Shown here: positions 53,514-64,000 of the stretch, in pieces
Numbering within the stretch: the stretch's first letter is position 1
Layout of the letters: each line of letters begins with the position of its first letter
Assembly (NCBI GenBank): GCA_951406725.2
Contig: OX597822.1
Span: 117,490,001 to 117,554,000 of the forward strand
Length of the DNA: 64,000 bases
Direction: 5' to 3'
Source: Octopus vulgaris
Taxonomy: Eukaryota
The notes under the pieces: model-generated
What the model saw: only the letters and a program-made list of their open reading frames with translations
Databases searched by the model: none
Told to the model about the DNA's origin: nothing
Made by a program: the position numbers and the translations under genes

Positions 53514-53792
53514 ATGCTACTACTACTACTACTACTACTATTACTGCAACTGCTGCCACAGCTGCTACTGCTGCTGCTGTTGTTGCTGTTGTTGTTGTTG
53601 TTAAGCAATAAGACGGGTAAGGGTGATTAGGTGATGGTCTAGGGCTTAGGGGCAGGAGACCCCAGACCTTGGAAAAGAAAAAAAAAACTTTGGTCGTCTT
53701 GTAGTCGAGGGCCCTTCGTTGACGCCCGACACCCCTGGGAGGTGGCCCCTCGAAGTCACTGGAAATGGAGATCTCCAGGTCCAAATCCTTGA

Positions 53793-53839
<47 letters not shown>

Positions 53840-53853
53840 CACTACTACTACTA
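53461..53853. repeat. (CTA)n arrays flanking a GC-rich insert (~53605-53792)
   Basis: Direct inspection. Confidence 0.85.
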
Positions 53854-55487
53854 CATGAATGGATATATAATACATACTAGGAAAGATAAAACAGAAAAAA
53901 TACGGACTACACATGAAAAAACCATCCAAGTAATTATCAAAGATTCCTTCTCCACCCACGCAATATAGCCTCAAGTTAACAGATACACCGTTTCTCTTTT
54001 CTATTTCTTCAGTCATTACTGCTGCAACGGGATCTGCTCATATAATCTAGCGTCTTTCTATGTGTCTTCTCTGTTCAAACCTATTCGACCCACCACTTTA
54101 TCCTTCTCTCATCAAAATTAGTCTCTTTCACTTCCAAAGTTTTACTCTGGGCATTTTACTCAAGACCTTACATCCTAGAACTGCAGCTTTCCGCAATCTC
54201 TCACTTCGGTCATACTTTAAAAATAGATGTTGCTATCGTTATAGAAGATCTTGGACATCCACCACAACAATCTTACCTGTTTCGGAAACCTTGGAAACGT
54301 GTGATCATTATCTTCACTTTCTGACAAGTTCATAAAACAAATCAAAATACTCTGATACTGGCGTGTTATCCATCATACGACAGATAATTTTGCCACCATA
54401 GGTAATATTAGATGATACGGCATACATACAATTATTATATTGAAACTGTTATCAAATTTCTTGGTGTCTATTCAGAATGATGAAGTTTTCATAAGAAAAA
54501 CATATTTATTACCATAAATGAATTTAAAATAAAACTCATTTCTCATTTGTATAACTTCTCTCATAACTACTTTGCCTTTTACTCCCTCTCAATGTCTACG
54601 ATACTTTCTCTTCGTGGCGATTTTTTACTGTCTCGAACCATCTCGCTATACGATGTAAAGGTGACAAGACAAATCAACCAACCAACCAACCAACCAGCCA
54701 AACGACCAACCAACCAAACGACCAACTAAAAATAAAACCACATTTATATCAGCTATTATTCATAACAATTTGTTATCGAAACCTGCTCAAGGACTTCTTT
54801 GTTGGGGAACTTTCTTCTCGTTACAGTTCGGCCTAATATATTTGAGACAATTTAATTGATTGCAACCAAAAACCGACTGATTTGTCAGTAATTTAATTAT
54901 ATTATTCTAGAATTTTAATTATGAACGACTCCTAAAAGTAATTAGCGATTGACTTTAGTTCCACTTTAAGCACATACATACACATGCACATACATACACA
55001 TACACATACATACACATACGTCCAGAGACACACACTTAGACACGTTGCCACGAACAACCAAAAGACTGGATAACGTTTACCTGAACAGTGATATCAAAAT
55101 GGTTTGGTGATGGTTTCTTTCTCACAAGACCAAATAAAATAGAGATACGCTTCTTCCTCTTAAGTGGTCTAATTTAGTGAAATTAAATTGACAAGTTAGT
55201 GACAATTACCTATGCAGTGAAGTGGTAACGAAGCCAAATGGAATTTTCTATTAGCTTACGTCCATTAATAATATGGATAACACGCTTGGCATATAACCTG
55301 CTACATACGAAAAGCAATGTTATTTAATTTCATGGTTTCGATACTAAAATCTCAGTGACTAAACCAAGCTACAAATAGGCACCATGGGTATGTTGATTCA
55401 TTCATTAAAATATTACATGCCCATAATAATTAATAACTATCAGCTTTCAATACAGACTTCAAATCGTAACAAAAGACATGGATATTA

Positions 55488-55701
55488 GTTTCAAATTTTG
55501 GCACAAGGCCAGCAATTTCGGGGGAAGGGGCTAAGTCGATTACATCGACCCCATTGTTCAACTGGTACTTATTTTATCGAACCCGAAAGGATGAAAGCTA
55601 AAGTCGACAACTGTGGAATTTGAACTCAGAACCTACAGATAGACCACATGCCACTGAGCATGTTTCCCGTCGTGCTAAATGTTCTGCCAGCTCAACGCCC
55701 T
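55488..55701 (-). mobile_element. SINE family B
   Basis: 19-bp TSD acaa(a/g)agacatggat(a/g)tta. Confidence 0.88.
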
Positions 55702-56441
55702 ACAAGAGACATGGATGTTATCACAGGCTATGACATAGAGAACCACGGGTTTCAAAACGCTAATTTAGTTTAGCTAACACTACCTGAACACATAGTCATT
55801 AGGAGTATCCAACGACGAGCTCATAGGATGTAGGACATAGCACATTTATAATAGCATCTACCGAGACTTCCGAAGATCAGGTTTGTTTCAACTCTCTTCT
55901 GACAATGTTATAAGAATGAATAATTAAAGCCGAACCTTCTCCACGAAGGCAATGCGATTCTAATCATTTCGTTCTGGCATATTCTTCAGTGGATTTCAAC
56001 AACAAAGCACTAAACCAATACATTAGCAGCTGATCAACCTCGTCAGTTGCAACGGATGTACGATATGTGAGGTTTCCAAACAAGAATAGCATTATGGGAC
56101 TGTGTGTTGTTAAGTTGGCCAAACTGACAGTAAGCTGAATGTAAAGACGATAGGTACCTTCCGCTCTGATGTATATTAAGAATGACTTATACGGATCCAT
56201 GCTGTTCTAGGCATCGATGATGGAAATTTGCAGATATAATATGTGCAAAGATTAAACACAGACAAATACGGGAATACATTTACATTTATAGACACATGAT
56301 CACATGATCAACTGTGTTTAGCGTCTGTAAATGGATGTTCAAGATTTTCCCTGTATCTATATCTGTGTGTGGGCATCCTTCGTTACACACATACACATAT
56401 AAACACATACACACATGCATGCACAAGAACACATGTATATA

Positions 56442-56520
<79 letters not shown>

Positions 56521-56630
56521 TTGTATGCATGTATGTATATATATTTACATATATACGTACGTATATATAGGAACAAATATGAACATGTTTTTATAATAGA
56601 CACATAATACTGACATACTTATATGTGCAT

Positions 56631-56687
<57 letters not shown>

Positions 56688-57069
56688 GTGTGTGTACTTC
56701 TACGTTGTAGATAAGTACTTTACAAACAAGAGGAGATTAGATTTCCCATCGCACTACAAAGATCAAAGCTTAGTGTATTCTAAAACAAGCTGAGAGAGTA
56801 GTGACTAGTCCGTCTACATTAGTATATAACAGCTCTGTTGGTGACTATCAAAAACCACTGTTACACTACATTAGAGAATAATGTGTATTATATGGCTGGA
56901 AGTCAGTGAAGCGGAAAGGCTATAGACTGCCATATTTGATGTCTGATAAAACTTTCTCTCGTCCTTTCTGAATATCGCCGTGACCAGATCTGTTTGCTGG
57001 TTAAAATATACAGAAGTGATTTCGCAAAATCGATTCAAATGACAAAATCATGCCTATGCATGAAACCAT

Positions 57070-57130
57070 TATAATTTGTAAATCATTATAAATCATTATA
57101 AATCATTATAAATCATTATAAATCATTATG
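57070..57130. repeat. 10-bp tandem repeat (aatcattata)
   Basis: Five consecutive units. Confidence 0.9.
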
Positions 57131-57655
57131 GACAACTTAAGGTTTCATATCTCGAGTGACGCTGACGGGATGTACTGTGTCCAAACATTTAACACAGTTT
57201 TACTAGCTCACAACTATGGAGATAACATCGGTTATTGCGCTGTACAATTAACGGGATTTGAATGAAGAGACCCTACGATGACCTGGATGAAGCAATAGTT
57301 AAACATTGCATCAATTCAGCTTCAGCCCAATCGGTCCCGGAAGCCTTGATATTAAATTTGAACCCTGAGTTGTGCTGCAGGATAACCGGCATATACCAGT
57401 GTTCCTGTAAAAGTCCCCCACCATCAGGTACAAGCATTAGAATAATTTAGTATATTACAAAAGATCACACGCTGTTACTAACCTGCTACTAAAGTTTACA
57501 TAACAACAGCGGTGTTTTTGACAGAGATGCAGTGACTATATGCTAAGATATTAAATAGATATTTTAGTCGTATCACAATAGCAAGAAAACAACAAAATAA
57601 ACAATTTTGTGAACAAATTTCTGTTAATATCTTAATGGCCTTTATTATTGTTTTG

Positions 57656-57888
57656 AAGGCGGCGAACTGGCAGAGTCGGTAGCACGCCCGGCAAAATGCC
57701 TGGTGGCACTTCGTCTGTCATTACGTTCTGAGTTCAAATTTTTACCGAGGTCGACTTAGCCTTTCGTTCTTCGAGGCCCATAAAATAAGTACCATTTGAG
57801 CACTGGGGTCGATGTACATCGACCCCAGTGCTCAAATGGTACTACTTTTCCCGAACATGCTGGCCTTGTGCCAAAATGTGAAATCAAT
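57656..57888 (+). mobile_element. SINE family B containing a 56-bp perfect palindrome
   Basis: Head, core and tail present; 57788-57843 is self-complementary. Confidence 0.88.
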
Positions 57889-59129
57889 GTTTCGATGGTC
57901 TTTGAAAATTTCTCTGGTTATTTTTGTTGTTATTGTTATTGAAGTGATTCTAATTATTTTATCCTATTAATGCGGTTTACCTGGCAAGATTTGTTCAGGA
58001 ATAACGTAACAGGAACGAGTCGCAGTCTGCATTCCAAATTCCGCTCTTAATCCTGGCTTACAGATTCAAGGGTTTGCTAACAAGTGTTAAAGATAGATAT
58101 CTGACGAGTATAAGGATGGTTATACTCGTGACAAGTGGTTACAAGTGACAAGTGGTTTAAAGTAATCAATAGATTAATTTCTGTGATAAAAACAATTAGT
58201 AAAAAGCACATCATTGAAATGTTTAACTTCTCTGCAGCTTTTTTCTCACCTTGTTGAACAATTTTAAAATCTCATATTGTACAAAATATCAACAATTTAT
58301 GACCACGATTCCATGGATGAAATTATGTAAAGGAATGAGATTCACTTCCATTAAATTATCATAACTCTAGATACGAATGAACCAAGTTACATAATGAAAA
58401 ACTGTATAAATTTTTATATCCTCGTATGTTACTAAATTTGGTAGCGAGGTGCGGTTTACGCCTTTAGTGATTCTAAGAAGATATATAGTATCGAAGTGAC
58501 GTGATTTTCATTGATCGGAAATTGCATTTTCGGGAGTTTATTGTATGCTGAGAGTTATATTAAGCAGTTCTTGATTTTTATTCATCACTAGAAAAAGCTC
58601 ATAACAAGGTTCCATAACAAGGTTAGGCTGTTGTGAAATTCACTGTATCTAATGTTCCAGGTCCTTACTTTTCGTTTCAAGCTAAGGAAAAGAGAGATTG
58701 TGATGTTGTCCTCAATGGCAGGGTCAAGTCATTTATGTATGAGGGGCTGTATAAGTTTATTGTTCGTGTAGTAAGCTATGAAATTCTCACATTCTCCCGA
58801 TTTACTGCAATTCAGACCGTTTCATGGCCCAAGAAGACAAAATAGAAAAGGAGTTGCCCCGGAGGATGGCGAGGGAGATGTGCTGGAACAGCCGTTGTGA
58901 CTCACTTGCGGCTGAGTTAACACCGGTTTTCAGGGAAGAGATTTGGCTAAATAAATCCAATTTTTTGTATGTAATTAATTACTAATTTAATTTTCATTTC
59001 TCTTTCATCATTTAGACGAGTGCCAGAAAACAAATTATTTACTAATGATGTAAGATTGTTGTAAATCCTTTTCTAGTCTTGGCTGAAGGTGATCCATCAA
59101 TGTTGCTTGAAGTGAAGGCGGTGGTCTAC

Positions 59130-59290
59130 AAGAAATAGCATCCTAACATCTTAAAATAACACCACATCCAATGGATGTATTGTAGTCCAAGATACACAAA
59201 ATGATGGGATGGCCACATCTGGAATGCCTTTGATTATAAACCTGCTCAGTCAGAGTTGATAAGTGGAGGAGGGCCTGAACAACACTAACT
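59130..59290 (+). mobile_element. Repeat family F copy
   Basis: gaaatagc...ggatggccacatctggaatgcctttgattataaacctgctc...aacaac. Confidence 0.6.
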
Positions 59291-59339
59291 ACTACTACTA
59301 CTACTACTACTACTACAGTAATAATAATGTCCATTAATG

Positions 59340-59576
59340 AGGACGGCGTGCTGGCAGAAATGTTAGCACGCCGGGCGAAATGCGTAACCGTATTTCGTCT
59401 GCCGTTACGTTCTGAGTTCAAATTCCGCCGAGGTCGACTTTGCCTTTCATCCTTTCGGGATCGATAAATTAAGTACCAGTTACGCACTGGGGTTGATGTA
59501 ATCGACTTAATCCGTTTGTCTGTCCTTGTTTGTCCTCTCTGTGTTTAGCCCCTTGTGGGTAGTTAAAAAAAAACTC
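59340..59576 (+). mobile_element. SINE family B (young)
   Basis: Near-consensus, A-tail, perfect TSD tccattaatg. Confidence 0.92.
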
Positions 59577-59642
59577 TCCATTAATGCATTTCAGCAATTA
59601 CGATTTCGCTTTCTATGAGTTTGTGACGTCATACTCGGGGAC

Positions 59643-59673
<31 letters not shown>

Positions 59674-60317
59674 TCGTTTCTTTCCTTATTTCTCCTTCAT
59701 TATTTTTACACACTCTACCTCTTTGTCTTCGTTTTTACCCTTATCCTTCCCTTTTTGCTCCTTCATCTCCTTCATACACACACACAGACACACACACACG
59801 CTCGTGCCCACGCAACATACACCTCCCTCATTCATATTTTATATTTGTCAATCCTTTCGTATTAATCTCAATTGTTTATCGCAGTTAATATCAAATAATA
59901 TAAGTTTATCTCCTTCAATATTTAAGCCGTTTAACATTATGTTCCTCTGCTGTTTAGTCCCGCCTTTTATATTCCGAGTTCAAATCCAGTTTGGGGTTCA
60001 TATTTACTTCCATCATTTTCTTTCTTCCCTCACTTAAGGCTTATAACCTTAAACTTCCACACTAGCGGCAACAATAAAACATTTGTACTTATTTCTTCCG
60101 TATTTTGATTTCTAATCTCACCAGTACTCTTTGTCTGGCTAACGTTGATAAAATGTGTGTAAATTATGTATTGGAACCGATTTAATTCACTATATATCCT
60201 GCTTCCTTCAGGCTGCAATAAGGTGTAACTAAGATGATAGAATGCCACCTATACTATCGATATCATGCCCACAAGACGTCGTTATACAAAAGATAAACTG
60301 GGAAATCGGAAATATCA

Positions 60318-60700
60318 AGAAGAAGATCACTCAGAGAGTGCAAACCTCCGCCAAAGCAACACCAACATCCTCTCAACGAATAGCCAGAGATGATTTTTAA
60401 AATGGGAATATCTGAAATAAACTCGACTGCTCTCACAAACGAGAATACTAAAAATGAACCCAACCGCTCTCAAAAATTAAGTAAATAAAAAAAAAAACAG
60501 AAAAAATAATCCAGAATCATTGTCCGGTACCGGATCGACCCCAAAATCTAATCAGTTTGTGCCAGTCACAAGGCCAAACATCCCCGAAAGTTTCATCCGA
60601 ATCCATCCAGAAATTCTTGAGATATCTTGTCCACGGACAAACAAACAAACAAACACGATTGAAAACAATACTCCCGCCTTCGCTAAGGCTTAGGTAATAA
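60318..60700 (-). mobile_element. Helentron-associated non-autonomous element (HINE/DINE-1-like)
   Basis: Minus 5' end ttattacct..gccttagcgaaggcgg (palindromic subTIR), then (TTTG)n microsatellite; 3' subTIR ggcggagg followed by hairpin cactctctgagtg. Confidence 0.75.
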
Positions 60701-61466
60701 AGTGCGAACACCCCTATCACCGCATTTTCGACAATGACATAATAATGATTACTGAAACGATATCAGAATAAAAGAAAGAAGCCTTTGGTGTAATTCCTTT
60801 TATTAAGTGGCAGAAGCACATTTTGGCCTCAAACATCTGCAGGACATTTGATGGTCCATACAAGACATTTGATGGACCAAACAAGTGAGTGAGTGGTACC
60901 CATGAAACTAAAAACGGTCAAAAGGTATCCCGAAACGAAAGTAGCGCGGTAACTCTGATCGGGCCTTATGTTCAAACCAGAACCATTGTTAGGCAGAGTA
61001 GACAGGAAGTTTACGGGGCAATACGTACCTTCGTGATGAGGAAGACAACGTGCCTCTCCCTTCATATATTCCTTGAGCCAATGATACAATATCAGAAATA
61101 CTAAACATATCGTAGTATCAATTTAGCCCTTTTACATTCTATGTTCATCCATTCGTATTCAATAAATCAAAGCAGACAGCCACTGCGGTCGTTTCCGTAT
61201 ACTCCATTCAATAAATTTATTATCTTATAGTAACACAAGAAATCATTATTTTTCTCCTTTTCTGTTGAAGGTTTTTCTAAGACATACGCTGTAGATTTAT
61301 TTCTTACTTGACAGACGTATACGCAGAATTAAGAAGTTCGCCGCACCGCCATGTTGTTTCGGGTTTGATCCTATTGTGTGACATTTTTGACAAGTGTCTT
61401 GTACTCTAGCTTCGGATTAGTCAATGTCTTGTGAAGAAAAATTTGGTGGCACAAACTGTACGGAAG

Positions 61467-61847
61467 TATGTATGTATGTATGTATGTATGTTTGTATGTA
61501 TGTATGTATGTATGTATGTATGTTTGTATGTATGTAATGTATGTATGTATGTATGTATGTATGTATGTATGTATGTATGTTTGTATGTATGTATGTATGT
61601 TTGTATGTATGTATGTAATGTATGTATGTATGTTTGTATGTATGTAATGTATGCAAATATGTGTGTACGTATCATGTACATGCGTACTTACATATGTATG
61701 TATGCATGCAAATATGAGTGTATGTATGTACGTACGTATGTATTTGTGTATGTTTGTATGTACGTACGTATGTATCTGTATATGTTTGTATGTATGTATG
61801 TATTTATGTATGTATGTATGTATATTATGTGTGTGTGTGTGTATGTA

Positions 61848-61880
<33 letters not shown>

Positions 61881-61910
61881 ATGTATGTATTTATGTATGT
61901 ATGTATGTGT
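61467..61910. repeat. (ATGT)n microsatellite
   Basis: Direct inspection. Confidence 0.95.
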
Positions 61911-62474
61911 TTTAATTTGAGTATGTCGGTATAAAGTGGTGCGTCGAGTTCCATGCCTATAATTTAGAACAATTCCGTAACAGAAACCTCGAAGGCAATG
62001 TCTCACAGTTATTCGGTTACAATATGATGAATCGCGTTTGCAAGTCTTGTGCAAATTCTTTTTTTTTGTTGTTATTACAAGTGAACTCGTATGGAATTGG
62101 CGAATAGTTACTAGAACTCAGCAGCGATTACTTATCATAACAGAACCTTCGTGCATTACTCCAGCGTACTACAAAGAGAAAATGTGTCTTATCTTTTCTA
62201 CGATATGAAATCTGAGATACAATATCAGTTCAATGGATGCTTGTTGTTCATGAGAGGATTAATTTTGCTGAAAAGTATACGTGAAAGTGATAAGTGATAC
62301 TCCACTCATTAACAAACAAACAAACAAAAATGCTTCTCATTAATATATTACAATATTTATTATTGCCACTATAGGCCTAAATTAAAAATCCTATAATTAA
62401 CATTGTGGTTAAAGTGAGTTCGTAGAGATCTGGGGACCTGCTTCAGGAAAAATTAGTCAATAAAGAGGCGCTCG

Positions 62475-62608
62475 AATTCCGCCTAGGTCGATTTTGCCTT
62501 TCATCATTTCTGGGACGATAGAATAAGTACTAGTTGAGTACTGGGTTCATGGAATCGGCTTACCCCCTCCCCCGAAATTGCTGGCCTTGTATAAATATTT
62601 GAAATCAA
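62475..62608 (+). mobile_element. Headless SINE-B fragment
   Basis: aattccgcctaggtcgattttgcctttcatc...cccgaaattgctggccttgt. Confidence 0.75.
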
Positions 62609-62909
62609 AATTTCAATTTGTACTTAATTAAATAGAAGTCTCTATCACCGGCATATCTGACAATCACGACTTCCTAAGTTCATCATCAATATGGTAGAGG
62701 AAGTGAGGGAGAGATAAAATTTCAGCAACAGATGGAAGTAAATGGACCTCCCTTGGTTTCGACGATGAGCATAGATTTCCTCGTTCAGCAAAATTACTTG
62801 CTCGATGAATTAGTATGTAAGTGGCTAAGTATACATGAACCTTTTAACGTAATTTTCTAGCAAAGTGATTGTGATACACTATGTGACATAGCTAACTATT
62901 TTAAATTAT

Positions 62910-63073
62910 AGGCGTAGGAGTGGCTGCGTGGTAAGTAGCTTGCTTACCAACCACATGGTTCTGGGTTCAGTCCCACTGGGTGGCACCTTGGTTAAGTGTC
63001 TTCTACTATAGCCTCGGGCCGACCAAAGCCTTGTGAGTGGATTTGGTTGGCGGAAACTGAAAGAAGCCCGTCG

Positions 63074-63114
<41 letters not shown>

Positions 63115-63330
63115 ATATGTTTGTGTATCTGTGTTTGTCCACCCCAACGTCGCTTGACAACTGATGGTGGTGTATTTACGTCCCCGTAACTTAGCGGTTC
63201 TGCAAAAGAGACCGATAGAATGAGTACTAGGCTTACAAAGAATAAGTCCTTGGGTCGATTTGCTCAACTAAAGGCGGTGCTCCAGCATGGCCACAGTCAC
63301 ATGACTGAAACAAATAAGAGAGTAAAAGAG
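62910..63330 (+). mobile_element. SINE family A (full length)
   Basis: A box tggctgcgtgg, B box gggttcagtcc, CORE-like segment, (TA)/(TG) repeat and ggcggtgctccagcatggcc tail. Confidence 0.92.
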
Positions 63331-63565
63331 TCTAGGCGCAATCCATCCAACGGGCATCCTTACAGTTTCTGTCGACCCAATATTATTCATAAGGCTTAGT
63401 TTGACCTCAAGATGCTAACCCTTGTGATCGAAATCGAGATCTCGTGGTTGAGAAGCAAACTCCGTGATCATTTAATCATGCTACATTACAGCAACATATG
63501 TAATCATTACATTGATGTATATGATATACATTACACATACACACACGCACAAACATACACACACA

Positions 63566-63610
<45 letters not shown>

Positions 63611-64000
63611 TAATAAATATATTCATATGCATATGTTTTGCATTACGTATGTATGCATTAATATAATATAACCATTATATTAACTCTCGGTGATGTATTT
63701 TTATTGTTCTTCAGACGCACTCACGACTAATACTTCTATATGACAAAACACATAATTTCTAATCATGATTTATGGGAGAAATTTCAATTTAATTTCAATA
63801 TATTTTCATCAAATAATAACATTTAAAAATCGTTACAAATTCAGTGAAGTAAATGAAATGTTGCAATAAATTGTATGTAGAAGTAAGAATGTCAAAGAGA
63901 GAGAGAGAGAGAGGGGAGAGGGGGGAGAGAGAGAAGGAGGGAGGGAGAGAGAGACCCATTATTTAATTATGAAGTCTAGCAAATTGGAATGAAACAATTT

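Noticed and set aside
55964-56200. 78-aa ORF with protein-like composition
   Set aside because: No recognisable family or clear splice context; length is within chance expectation.
57160-57450. Possible coding exon in unique sequence
   Set aside because: All frames are short, with no recognisable domain or convincing splice pair.

Overview
AT-rich, repeat-dominated eukaryotic intergenic or intronic DNA. The SINE repertoire and microsatellite load resemble an octopus/coleoid cephalopod genome (inference from recalled repeat families). I found no host protein-coding gene; almost all listed ORFs are microsatellite or SINE read-throughs. Real coding remnants are all transposon-derived: a 5'-truncated, GC-rich RTE-clade LINE (46.35-48.01 kb) lying between pogo/Tigger-like TIRs, a Neptune-type Penelope-like element (GIY-YIG; 32.75-34.1 kb), a decayed Ty3/Gypsy integrase (48.5-49.5 kb), two CR1-like LINE fragments and a LINE ORF1 remnant. 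There are at least six SINE-like families and four non-autonomous Helitron/Helentron-like elements. Most notable: (1) a minimal hammerhead-ribozyme-like motif with a variant core in both inverted pseudo-LTRs of the Penelope element; (2) two SINE-LINE 3'-tail partnerships visible within the window; (3) SINE concatemers sharing one fixed junction; (4) repeated fold-back/inverted duplications, including a ~440-bp palindrome and ~410-bp inverted arms that carry unique flank. Coordinates of decayed repeats are approximate and were read by eye.
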